A stretch of 35,026 nucleotides of DNA from Alphaproteobacteria bacterium. Lineage in GTDB: Bacteria > Pseudomonadota > Alphaproteobacteria > UBA2136 > UBA6156. Every line of letters starts with the position of its first letter. Within the stretch, counting starts at the first letter, position 1. The stretch spans positions 1 through 35,026 of the forward strand of contig JAIXXE010000176.1 in assembly GCA_027490875.1 (NCBI GenBank). The letters run 5' to 3'. The position numbers were made by a program, and so were the translations under genes. Positions 1 through 8,038 of this stretch are shown here, one piece after another. The notes beneath the pieces were generated by a model. That model saw only the letters and a list, made by a program, of their open reading frames with translations. It did no database searches and was not told where the DNA came from.

Positions 1-316
1 ACGGGGTGACGCTGCCGGGTTCAACCCCCAAGAGCGTGTAAAGCTGTGCGGCGTTGGCAAAGCTAAAACGCCCCTTGGCCCCAAGCTGCTTGGCCAATTG
101 ATTGAGATTGATGGTTTGAGTATCCAGGGCCGTCACGAGGGTATAGGCCCCATTTTTATCTTTCAGAAACAGGTTTTTAATGTGCGCGCCCGGCAGGAGA
201 TGGGTGAGGGCCTGCGCCTCTGCCACCGTAAAGACTGCCGCATGGCTGTGCAGCTGAAAGCCGATGCCAAGCCCTTGTAACGCTTGCTGCAACTGAAGAG
301 AGGTATGGTGAGCCAT
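1..316 (-). CDS. YbaK/ProX-type aminoacyl-tRNA editing domain protein (N-terminal part; gene runs off the left edge)
   Basis: Hand translation of the reverse strand from ATG at 316-314 stays open to position 1: MAHHTSLQLQQALQGLGIGFQLHSHAAVFTVAEAQALTHLLPGAHIKNLFLKDKNGAYTLVTALDTQTINLNQLAKQLGAKGRFSFANAAQLYTLLGVEPGSVTP. The pattern H-x-AVFTV-EA ... KNLFLKDK-G ... GVEPGSVTP is typical of prolyl-tRNA-synthetase-associated (ProX/YbaK) proteins. It is absent from the ORF track because it has no stop in the window. Confidence 0.65.
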   Translation of the reverse strand, partial: MAHHTSLQLQQALQGLGIGFQLHSHAAVFTVAEAQALTHLLPGAHIKNLFLKDKNGAYTLVTALDTQTINLNQLAKQLGAKGRFSFANAAQLYTLLGVEPGSVTP

Positions 317-382
317 ACGCCACCGTAAACGAATGCTGTAGGTTTAGGCAAGGATTGGGCGAAGGCGCTACAATTTGCTAGA

Positions 383-952
383 GTGAGCCAGACAACAAAA
401 AGCAAGAGACCTATGGCCGACGATAAAACCACCAACCCCGCACCCGCCGAGGCCTCTGCTGACGAGGCTACCGTAGCGGCAGCGGCTGCAAAGGCTTCGG
501 GCGACAAGAAAAAGAAGCTGCTGCTGCTTGGTTCGGGCGCCTTGGCGGTGGTTGGGATTTTGGTGGCGGTGGGGTTTTTATTTGTGTTTGGCAAAGAAAA
601 GCCTGAAGAGAAGGCGGAGGATGCCGCTGCCAAGGTTCCTCAGTTGGCGATTTACGATGTGCCGACCATCACGGTGAATCTGCTCACCGATGAGGCAACC
701 AGCGGCCCGCGCTACCTTAAGGTGACACTGGCGCTGGAGCTTGAAAATGCCACCGACAGTGAAGCGGCAGCAGCGTTGCTGCCTCGGCTGCAAGATGATT
801 GGGGGAGCTACCTGCGTCAGCTGCGCCCCGCCGACTTGCAGGGGAGTGGAGCCATGCAAAGCCTGCGGGAAGGCTTGCTGCGTCGTGCCATTCAAACCAT
901 GCAGCCAGTTCAGGTTAAGGCCGTGCTGTTACGGGATATTCTGGTGCAATAA
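383..952 (+). CDS. fliL: flagellar basal-body-associated protein FliL
   Basis: 189 aa with a single TM helix (LLLLGSGALAVVGILVAVGFLFVF) followed by a FliL-type C-terminal domain (PRYLKVTLALEL ... LRRAIQTM ... VKAVLLRDILVQ). It overlaps fliM by TAATG. The track start is GTG at 383; an in-frame ATG at 413 is an alternative. Confidence 0.8.
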   Translation: MSQTTKSKRPMADDKTTNPAPAEASADEATVAAAAAKASGDKKKKLLLLGSGALAVVGILVAVGFLFVFGKEKPEEKAEDAAAKVPQLAIYDVPTITVNLLTDEATSGPRYLKVTLALELENATDSEAAAALLPRLQDDWGSYLRQLRPADLQGSGAMQSLREGLLRRAIQTMQPVQVKAVLLRDILVQ

Positions 953-2049
953 TGGCCGATAACCCAGAAAATCAGGCTAACCTCTCGGAAGAGGAGATTC
1001 TCCGCCAGTGGCAGAACATGGCCGCTGGCGACGGTGCTGGCGGTGGTGCCGATGACATGGCAGCAGCCATGGGGGTTGAGGGCCAGAAGATTCTTGATCA
1101 AAACGAGATCGATAGCCTGCTTGGCATCGATAAATCGGCTGATGGCGGCAGGGGCCGTGGGATTAAGGCACTGCTCGACCAATCGGTGGTGAACTACGAA
1201 AAACTGCCGATGCTTGAGGTTATCTACGATAAGTTTGAGCGGATTCTTTCCACCAGTCTGCGCCAGTATACCGCCGATAACGTTGACGTGACGATTATGA
1301 ACATGACCAGCGTGCGGTTTGGCGACTACCTCAATCAAATTCCATTGCCGGCGGGGATTGTGGTGGTCAATGCCATTGGCCTTGATGACTACGTGTTGCT
1401 GGTTTATGAAAGCAACCTCATCTATGCGGTGGTGGATGTGATGCTTGGTGGCCGCAAAAGCAGGCCGCTGCCGGTTTCGGGGCGTAACTTTACCGCCATT
1501 GAGCGTAAAATCCTCGACACCCTGACCGAGATTGTGCTGCGTGACCTGAGCGAGAGCTTTGGCCCGGTTGCCCCCATTCAGTTTAAAGCTGAACGGATGG
1601 AAGTGAACCCGCGTTTTACGGTCATCTCGCAAGAGGCCAACGTCGCAATTTTGGTAACAGTGAAGGTCAACTTGGAAGGGCGGGAGGGCAAAATGCAGTT
1701 TTGCTTGCCCTACGCCACCCTTGAACCAGTCCGTGAACAACTGCTGCAGCAGTTTATGGGTGAAAAGTTTGGCCAGGATAACATCTGGGAAAACCACCTG
1801 AGCCAAGAACTTTACCACACCACTGTGCCGGTTGATGCTGTCTTGGATCAGCTGACATTCTCCCTCAATGAGGTACTGGAGTGGAAAATTGGTGACACCA
1901 TTATGCTGAATGCGCGCGACTTTACCCCTGTGAAGCTGGAATGTGGTGGGGTGCTTAAAATGATGGGAACCATGGGCCGTGCCCTTGATTTTAAAGCCGT
2001 AAGGGTGACCCACAACATTACCGACCTTAACAACCTGAAGCAGGGCTAG
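952..2049 (+). CDS. fliM: flagellar motor switch protein FliM
   Basis: 365 aa with the N-terminal LDQNEIDSLLG motif (the CheY-P-binding-type FliM N-terminus). Middle FliM domain and C-terminal FliN-like segment (IGDTIMLN ... VKLECGGVLKMMGTMG). Positioned after fliL. Confidence 0.9.
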   Translation: MADNPENQANLSEEEILRQWQNMAAGDGAGGGADDMAAAMGVEGQKILDQNEIDSLLGIDKSADGGRGRGIKALLDQSVVNYEKLPMLEVIYDKFERILSTSLRQYTADNVDVTIMNMTSVRFGDYLNQIPLPAGIVVVNAIGLDDYVLLVYESNLIYAVVDVMLGGRKSRPLPVSGRNFTAIERKILDTLTEIVLRDLSESFGPVAPIQFKAERMEVNPRFTVISQEANVAILVTVKVNLEGREGKMQFCLPYATLEPVREQLLQQFMGEKFGQDNIWENHLSQELYHTTVPVDAVLDQLTFSLNEVLEWKIGDTIMLNARDFTPVKLECGGVLKMMGTMGRALDFKAVRVTHNITDLNNLKQG

Positions 2050-2061
2050 GCCAATGGCCAG

Positions 2062-2634
2062 TTGCCAGCAGCCGTAGTTTTTGCGTACATTGGCCCCATG
2101 ATGCTGCTCTTGAATATCCTGACTGTCACGCTCCTTGCACTGGTGGCTGGCCTGTTGTTGGCCGTAGGGCAACAGGTGCGCCTCTGGCGGCAGGCGGTGG
2201 GGCAGTCGCCGCTGTTGGCCGAACAGATGGCCACCCAGTTGTTGGCAGCGCGGCAAGGGCTTGAAACCCTGCGGCAAGGTGTGCTTGCGCAAGGCCCAGA
2301 GTTAAGCCGGTTGTTAAGCGAAGGCAGCAAGGTGCGCACAGAGCTTCAGTTTTTGCTGGAGAAGGCCGAGCAGCGGGCATCTCGGCTTGATATGCACCTC
2401 AGCAAGGCTACCGCATTGGCCGATAATGCGACAGTTAAGCCAGCGAAAAATCAGGTAAGGGCCGCCTTGATGGAGCAGGTCGCAGGGGCCAACGGCCATG
2501 CCATTCAACCGAGTATTCCAAGCCACGACCCCCTTGAAGACCTATTGGCGGGTTTGCAAGAGCCTACGCTCAATCGCCGCGGCCCCGTAACGGCGGCCGA
2601 GCTTAAACTTCAGCAGCGGGTGAAGGGGGCGTAG
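2062..2634 (+). CDS. hypothetical membrane-anchored coiled-coil protein in the flagellar cluster (possibly DUF6468-like)
   Basis: One N-terminal TM helix (MMLLLNILTVTLLALVAGLLLAV) followed by a helical, Gln/Leu-rich region. The stop abuts the next gene's ATG. The track start is TTG at 2062; an in-frame ATG at 2098 is more likely. The family name is from memory and weak. Confidence 0.5.
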   Translation: MPAAVVFAYIGPMMLLLNILTVTLLALVAGLLLAVGQQVRLWRQAVGQSPLLAEQMATQLLAARQGLETLRQGVLAQGPELSRLLSEGSKVRTELQFLLEKAEQRASRLDMHLSKATALADNATVKPAKNQVRAALMEQVAGANGHAIQPSIPSHDPLEDLLAGLQEPTLNRRGPVTAAELKLQQRVKGA

Positions 2635-3057
2635 ATGACCTTTCCGTTTTCTCACGTCACGATTGGTGTAAACAATCTGGAGCAGGCCCAACAGTTCTAT
2701 GACGCTGTGTTGGTCACGTTAGGATTGGTGAGACGTCATACCTACCCAGAAAGCTTAGGGTACGGTAGGCCGAATGAGGCTGGAGGGCGCAGTCAGCTCT
2801 GGGTGATGAAGCCTTGGAATGAGAAACCTGCCGACCACGGCAACGGCTGGCATTTTGCGTTTGAAGCCCAATCGCAGGACCAAGTACAAGATTTCTATCG
2901 GGTAGCTTTGGCTGCTGGTGGAAGCGATGAAGGACCTCCAGGATTACGGCCGCATTACCATGACCACTACTTTTCTGCCTATGTTCGTGACCCAGAAGGC
3001 AACAAACTCCAAGCAGTCCATCACGGGGCCTATGGTGATACATGCGTTGCACAGTAA
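2635..3057 (+). CDS. VOC (glyoxalase/bleomycin-resistance/dioxygenase) family protein
   Basis: 140 aa. N-terminus FSHVTIGVNNLEQAQQFYDAVL and C-terminal region YVRDPEGNKLQAV are classic VOC-fold signatures. Confidence 0.8.
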   Translation: MTFPFSHVTIGVNNLEQAQQFYDAVLVTLGLVRRHTYPESLGYGRPNEAGGRSQLWVMKPWNEKPADHGNGWHFAFEAQSQDQVQDFYRVALAAGGSDEGPPGLRPHYHDHYFSAYVRDPEGNKLQAVHHGAYGDTCVAQ

Positions 3058-3614
3058 GCCTTTTCATTTCACTTCTCATTATTCCCAACGCTTGGGCGGC
3101 GGGCGGCGGCGGCCATGGCGGTGATGAAGAAAAACCCAAAGAAAAACCAGAAACTGTTGCCCCGATTCGGGAAAGCAACGAGCGGGTGTTTACCCCGACC
3201 GAAACCCAGCTGTTGATGGAGCTTGACCAGCGCCGCATTGAACTTGACCGCCGGGAACAGGCCCTGGAATTGCGCGAGCGCTTGATTGACTTGATGGAGC
3301 AAAAGTTAAATGGCCGCGTGACAGAACTTACCGCTCTGAAGGCAGAGCTTGAAGGGTTGCTTGGGAATCTTTCGGGCAAGGATGATAAGGAGTTACAGCA
3401 GTTGGCGACGATGTACGGCGCCATGAAGCCAACCATTGCAGCCAGTGTGATGAACCGGCTGGATAACATGATTGTGCTGGATATTTTAAAACTGATGCCC
3501 GCCAAACGCAGCGGTAAAATTATGGAAAGCCTCGACCCAAGCAAGGCCCGCTTTATCTCCGAACTGATGGCAGACCGTACCGCGCCACCGAGCGTAAGCC
3601 CGACCACACCTTAA
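3042..3614 (+). CDS. motE: MotE/FlbB-like flagellar protein (MgtE_N-type domain)
   Basis: Signal-peptide-like N-terminus (LFISLLIIPNAWA), a coiled-coil middle, and a C-terminal segment LQQLATMYGAMKPTIAASVMNRLDNMIVLDILKLMPAKRSGKIMESLDP typical of MotE-type proteins. Overlaps the VOC gene by 16 nt. Confidence 0.7.
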   Translation: MRCTVSLFISLLIIPNAWAAGGGGHGGDEEKPKEKPETVAPIRESNERVFTPTETQLLMELDQRRIELDRREQALELRERLIDLMEQKLNGRVTELTALKAELEGLLGNLSGKDDKELQQLATMYGAMKPTIAASVMNRLDNMIVLDILKLMPAKRSGKIMESLDPSKARFISELMADRTAPPSVSPTTP

Positions 3615-3636
3615 AAAAAGGTTAACGGGTCGTTAA

Positions 3637-3799
3637 TATAGCGAAGCCTCTCGATACTTGTTACAAGTGTACAAGCCCCTTCATAGCGGCTCCCGCCTCC
3701 GCGAGGGTAAACTCCGGCCGCCATCCACGCTTTTTTGTTTCGTGGATCACGGCCTGCGCCGTGATGAGGGTGTACTAAATATTTATAAGCTTCGCTATA
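3637..3799. repeat. MITE-like element bounded by inverted repeats TATAGCGAAGC / GCTTCGCTATA
   Basis: An 11-bp perfect terminal inverted repeat lies at 3637-3647 and 3789-3799. Both ends continue to a GTACA / TGTAC motif about 30-40 nt inward. The interior is non-coding with two 7-bp hairpins (ATCCACG-N11-CGTGGAT and ATCACGG-N6-CCGTGAT). The same TATAGCGAAGCC terminus recurs at 34940. Confidence 0.5.
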
Positions 3800-3810
3800 A
3801 CACTTTGTTG

Positions 3811-4557
3811 TTAGGCAACCCGTCGTAAGCGCGGGAGCAGACTTATCACATTGCCGCCCACCGAAGCCGAGCTATGCGCCGGCGGCATGGTGGGCAGTGG
3901 GTCGAGCAGCAGGGCGGCGCCGCGCTCGCCCGCCACGCCATTGCGAGTGGGGTGGTAGCCCGCCCGAATTTCAAGCCCGTAATGGGTGGGCCCCAGCCGT
4001 TCGGTCAACATCGCTGCCAGCTGCATCACCAAGGCTTCTTCCACGCGGCCATCGATGTCGCTCACGCGCTTGAGGCTCCACCCCAACGATATAATGGCAC
4101 GGGGTAACCGTGTCGCCACCATCCGCACAAACTGTTCGGGCTCAAGGGCATCGCTGGCTTTTTTAGGCGCCAACAGGGCAAAGACGTCGGCATGCAGAAT
4201 GGGCGGAAGTTCGGGCCGCAGCAAGGCCAACAAGGCCACCGCAGGTTCCACCGCATTGGGGGAATGGAAATCGAGCTTGATCGCCTTATTGGCCAGCGAG
4301 GCCTGCGTTATAAAGCTGGCCAAATCAAGTTCGGCAGGCCCTCCCCGAAAGCCTTTAAGCAGGGGAACGGCGTCAGACTCTTCAAAAAAAACATTGGCTT
4401 CCAGGACATGCAGGGCAGGGTCGGCACAGGCGTTGGCCAAGGTAGCCTCGGTAACAATGCTGTGCACCCACTGCAGGTCGGCGCTGTGCGCGAGCCCAAA
4501 TGCGGTTGCCAGAGATTGCATGCGCTGATACTGCCTGAAGCAACCCGCAAAGGGCAA
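3811..4557 (-). CDS. FAM151/DUF2181 (menorin-like, GDPD-related fold) family protein, tentative
   Basis: 248 aa. The segments LQWVHSIVTEATLANACADPALHVLEANVFF, NKAIKLDFHSPNAVEPAVALL, ILHADVF and AIISLGWS parallel my memory of the FAM151 motifs WYHAAN..AL...MIEADVLL, GIKLDFKS..AVEP, INADIL and SLGW. Start could be Met13. Confidence 0.5.
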   Translation of the reverse strand: MPFAGCFRQYQRMQSLATAFGLAHSADLQWVHSIVTEATLANACADPALHVLEANVFFEESDAVPLLKGFRGGPAELDLASFITQASLANKAIKLDFHSPNAVEPAVALLALLRPELPPILHADVFALLAPKKASDALEPEQFVRMVATRLPRAIISLGWSLKRVSDIDGRVEEALVMQLAAMLTERLGPTHYGLEIRAGYHPTRNGVAGERGAALLLDPLPTMPPAHSSASVGGNVISLLPRLRRVA

Positions 4558-4638
4558 GACTTAGGCCATAAAGCAGGGCAGGCCTGATGCAGACTTACCA
4601 TGCTTAACGAAGGCCATAATTATGATGGCTGAGGACGC

Positions 4639-5055
4639 CTAATCTTTGGAAAGGTTAGGGGCAGGCAGGGCCGTATTGTTCATTTCGCGCACCATCGCCA
4701 GCACATGTTTGCGCAGAGGGTCGGGCAGGGCATAGTAGGCCTTCAGCAAATCCAGCGTTTCTTTTTTATGCAGCACGCTGTCATCGAGCGTGGCTTTGGG
4801 TTGGGCCAAGCTAAGCTCGGGGGTGAGGGGAGTAAACCCTTCAAAAAACCACGCGACTGGCACTTCCAGCACCTTGGCAATCTTCATCAGCCGGCTGGCC
4901 CCAACCCGGCTGGCCCCGTGCTCGTACTTCTGAATCATCTGGAAGCTGACACCAATCGCTTGCCCGAGCCTGTCTTGGGTATAGCCGGCCAGCTCACGCC
5001 GCAACCGCAACCGCTGGGCGACGTGGGTATCGATAGGGTCGGTAAGGCGAGCCAT
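4639..5055 (-). CDS. XRE-family helix-turn-helix transcriptional regulator
   Basis: 138 aa with an HTH_3-type N-terminus: HVAQRLRLRRELAGYTQDRLGQAIGVSFQMIQKYEHGASRVGASRLMKIAKVLEVPVAWFFEG. Confidence 0.85.
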   Translation of the reverse strand: MARLTDPIDTHVAQRLRLRRELAGYTQDRLGQAIGVSFQMIQKYEHGASRVGASRLMKIAKVLEVPVAWFFEGFTPLTPELSLAQPKATLDDSVLHKKETLDLLKAYYALPDPLRKHVLAMVREMNNTALPAPNLSKD

Positions 5056-5097
5056 AAGAGTGTTAAAACAAAATTAAGCGATGAATACAACCAAAAG

Positions 5098-6624
5098 TTA
5101 CAACGGCGCTGGTGTAATCTTCGGCTCAGTGGCCGGTGCAATGAAAAAAGATATCAACCGTCGCCAAGGGGTGGAAGCCAGTGCCGCTGGCAACGGGACC
5201 ACCAGCCCCCCCGCTGTATTGGGTTCGATGCGGGCCACCTCGCGGCCATAGGCATCAACCACCAAGCTAATCCCCGTATTGGCGCTGCGCACCAGCGGCA
5301 GCCCCAGTTCAATCGCGCGCAGGCGTTGGAGGCTGGCGTGTTGATACAGCGCACTGGTGCCGGTAAACCAGGCATCGTTGGTAACATTGGCCAACCAACG
5401 CGCACCGGTACTGTGGCGCGCCACAAAGAGCGGGAAGATGCCCTCGTAGCAAATCAGGCCAACCACGGGCCCAGCCCGCGTGGCCAGCAAGGGGGTGGTT
5501 TGGCCGTGGGTGAAATCCAATCGGCTTTGCGAGAGCGTGCGCAGCGGGGCTGGCAACGGCAGGCGATTAAGCCAGGCACGGGCAGGGAGGTATTCGCCAA
5601 ACGGCACCAGCAGGTGTTTGTCGTAAGTACCATTAACATTTCCATTTTCAATGACCTGAAGGCTGTTATAAAAGTTGTTAATGAGGCCGGAATCAGTACG
5701 GCGCACTGTGCCAGTCAGCACTTGCAACGGGCCCGGAAGCGCGGCCGCCAACGCCTGTTGGGCACTCGGTGTTTGGGCCAAAAAGAATGGCACGGCTGTT
5801 TCGGGTAACACCACCACGCTGGCCGCAGGTTGGGTGGCCGTTGGTGATAGGGCCACCGCGTGACTGAGTGTCAGCACTTCATCGAGGTAGCGCCAGCGGA
5901 GGGTGGCATCCCATTTATGTTGCGTCCCTTGGTTTGGCTGAACCAGAGCAATTGTTTCGGGGCCAGCAGCGGGCAAGGGTTGATGAACCCGCCACAGCCC
6001 AAACCCAGCCACAGCGGCCAGCAGCAGGGCTGCCGCTAACCATGCGGTACGCTGAAGCTGCGCAATCAGGATTGCCATCACCACCACCAAAGCTGAAAGC
6101 AGCTGGACACTGCCAACACTGGCCAACTGCGCCAGAAGAGGAGGGGTAACATCGTTACCAGACCAAACTGCACCAAGGGGTAACCACGGAAAGCCAAACG
6201 GAGAAAGATTGCGCAGGGTTTCTATGACCACCACCCCAACCACCAGCAGCGTGCCAAACCGCCAAGGCTGATTTCGCCACGGCCATACCACCAATGCCAG
6301 CAGCCCGTAGCCCAACGCCACCCAAAGCGCCAACCCCAAGGTGGCAGGGATACCCCCACCCAAGGCAAACAGCCAGCTGTTGCTGTCGTGCCAGAACGCC
6401 CAAGGTAGCCAATAGAGTGCCGTTACCCCATGGGCCATGCCCCACAGCAGGCTGCCGCGCATGGCCTGCCTTGCAGATTTGGCCTGCATGATGCCAAGAT
6501 ACCAAAGGGCAAGGCCCATCAAGGCCAAAGGCCAAAGGCCAACAGGGGCAAAGCCAAGGGTAACCAACAGGCCGCCCAGCGGCCACCAGCGCAACACCGT
6601 GGGATTAGCCATGGGCTTTGGCAT
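5098..6624 (-). CDS. lnt: apolipoprotein N-acyltransferase
   Basis: 508 aa. Multi-TM N-terminal half and a C-N hydrolase domain with the LICYEGIFP catalytic-Cys motif. Positioned downstream of corC/ybeY as in many Proteobacteria. Confidence 0.9.
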   Translation of the reverse strand: MPKPMANPTVLRWWPLGGLLVTLGFAPVGLWPLALMGLALWYLGIMQAKSARQAMRGSLLWGMAHGVTALYWLPWAFWHDSNSWLFALGGGIPATLGLALWVALGYGLLALVVWPWRNQPWRFGTLLVVGVVVIETLRNLSPFGFPWLPLGAVWSGNDVTPPLLAQLASVGSVQLLSALVVVMAILIAQLQRTAWLAAALLLAAVAGFGLWRVHQPLPAAGPETIALVQPNQGTQHKWDATLRWRYLDEVLTLSHAVALSPTATQPAASVVVLPETAVPFFLAQTPSAQQALAAALPGPLQVLTGTVRRTDSGLINNFYNSLQVIENGNVNGTYDKHLLVPFGEYLPARAWLNRLPLPAPLRTLSQSRLDFTHGQTTPLLATRAGPVVGLICYEGIFPLFVARHSTGARWLANVTNDAWFTGTSALYQHASLQRLRAIELGLPLVRSANTGISLVVDAYGREVARIEPNTAGGLVVPLPAALASTPWRRLISFFIAPATEPKITPAPL

Positions 6625-7468
6625 ATAAACTTAAAACCACCAGCAGCACGCGGCGGCCATCGGTCTCGGTAATCTCGGCCTGTATCCCCGGTGCCAAGGT
6701 AATGGCTTCGCCCTTCATGGGGATATGCTGCGCGGCCAGCAAAATCAAACCAGCCAAAGTTGTAACATCATCGGCACTTTGGCTGGCCAGCGTGGTGCCA
6801 AGCAGGCTATCGAGTGCCTCCAGCGCGACATCGCCCCGTACACGGTAACGGTGGCCCCCCAACGACACCACGGCTTCGGCCTGCGCGGCGTGCTCATCGG
6901 CCATGCTGCCCACCAGTTGTTCGAGAATATCCTTGAGGGAAATCAGGCCACTGGTACCCCCAAACTCATCCGTCACCACCACCAGCGGCACCTTGGCCCG
7001 CTTCATCTGTTGCAGCACGCGCGGCAGCGGCATGGTTTCGGGCACGACCGTTAACGGCCGCAGCAAGTCATCGAGCTTAAAGGTCTGAGGCGCGTCCAGG
7101 TGCAGCACCACATCCTTAAGCAGCAAAAAGCCTTTCAGGTCATCAAGGCTTTGGCCCATAACAGGCAGCCGACTGTGCTGACTACGACCAAACAGGGCCA
7201 GCACTTCATGAAAGGAGGCGGTATCGGGAATTGCAATAATCGCAGCGCGGGGAACGGCCACATCGTCGGCCACCAACGCACTGAAGGTTAGGGCGTTATC
7301 CATAAGGTCACGTTCGTGGTGAGTGAGCGGTACTGCGGTGCGTTCAGACAATGCGGCATAAAGCTGGGGCAGGTGAGGGCGCAGCACCTTGGCCCGATGC
7401 CAAAACTGACGCTCGTCATCCAAGCGTTGCCGGAAACGGTGCAGGGTAAGGAGCAAAAAGCGTTTCAT
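6605..7468 (-). CDS. corC: CBS-domain hemolysin/CorC family protein (YbeX-type)
   Basis: 287 aa with a CBS pair (RLPVMGQSLDDLKGFLLLKDV ... VPLVVVTDEFGGTSGLISLKDILEQLVG) and a CorC_HlyC-type C-terminus. Lies between ybeY and lnt and overlaps lnt by 20 nt. Confidence 0.85.
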   Translation of the reverse strand: MKRFLLLTLHRFRQRLDDERQFWHRAKVLRPHLPQLYAALSERTAVPLTHHERDLMDNALTFSALVADDVAVPRAAIIAIPDTASFHEVLALFGRSQHSRLPVMGQSLDDLKGFLLLKDVVLHLDAPQTFKLDDLLRPLTVVPETMPLPRVLQQMKRAKVPLVVVTDEFGGTSGLISLKDILEQLVGSMADEHAAQAEAVVSLGGHRYRVRGDVALEALDSLLGTTLASQSADDVTTLAGLILLAAQHIPMKGEAITLAPGIQAEITETDGRRVLLVVLSLYAKAHG

Positions 7469-7480
7469 GAGGCTGGCATA

Positions 7481-7978
7481 CTAGTCGGGAAGGTAGGGGT
7501 TTGGCCACCCCAAAGTGCTGAGAACGGCCACTTCTTTGGCCTCCATAATGCCAGCTTGCTTTTGCGTGGTGTGGTCGTGCCCTGCCAAGTGCAGCATGGC
7601 ATGAACCACCAAATGCTGAAAGTGCGCCTTCAGGGGTTTGCCCTGCTGCAAGGCTGCTGCCTTCAGGGCAGGCCAACAGAGCAGCACATCGCCAGCATGA
7701 CCAGCCTCCCAGAGGGGGAACGAGAGCACATCGGGGGTGTAATCTTTCCCACGAAATTGCTGGTTGGCCGCGCGCGCTGCCGCCGCTTGGGTAAGGTTAA
7801 ACGCTACCGACCAAGGCGCCGCCTTAAACGCTGGCAGTGTAATATACGTTGCCGCCACCGCCGCCCGCAACCAAGCCGCCGTTGCCGGAGGTATGACTGC
7901 GTGAGTTTGCAAGTGCACCACCCCCCATCGGCGGCCCTGAGCCAACAGATGAAAGGTATAATGTTGCGGCATTTGCAA
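7481..7978 (-). CDS. ybeY: rRNA maturation endoribonuclease YbeY
   Basis: 165 aa with the zinc motif HLVVHAMLHLAGHDH (H-x3-H-x5-H) and preceding DVLSFP. Confidence 0.9.
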   Translation of the reverse strand: MQMPQHYTFHLLAQGRRWGVVHLQTHAVIPPATAAWLRAAVAATYITLPAFKAAPWSVAFNLTQAAAARAANQQFRGKDYTPDVLSFPLWEAGHAGDVLLCWPALKAAALQQGKPLKAHFQHLVVHAMLHLAGHDHTTQKQAGIMEAKEVAVLSTLGWPNPYLPD

Positions 7979-8038
7979 TCAGATTTACGCGAGTGTTGGG
8001 CTTGCGTCAAATACCTTCCGCACGTACACACTTGGGCT

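Noticed and set aside
364-378. Sigma54-like GGCGC-N-TTGC element upstream of fliL
   Set aside because: The GG-to-GC spacing is 13 rather than the strict 12 of TGGCAC-N5-TTGC, and the flanking bases match poorly.
910-2292. 460-aa ORF antisense to fliM. Similar long shadow ORFs are at 2714-3607(-), 4705-5808(+), 13910-14659(-), 21876-22490(-), 26121-26978(-) and 31183-31803(-).
   Set aside because: Each lies opposite a gene with clear family motifs. Their translations are Arg/Gly/His/Gln-rich with no recognisable domains. These are typical high-GC antisense open frames.
7316-8038. N-terminal 241-codon extension of the metK ORF given in the track
   Set aside because: It runs antisense through corC and ybeY and has an Arg/Cys-rich nonsense composition. 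MetK homology starts exactly at ATG 8039 (MDTYLFTSEAVSCGHPDK).
7979-8038. SAM riboswitch expected upstream of metK
   Set aside because: Only 60 nt separate the divergent ybeY and metK starts, and I could not recognise a SAM-II or SAM-V-like pseudoknot pattern. A covariance-model search would be needed to be sure.
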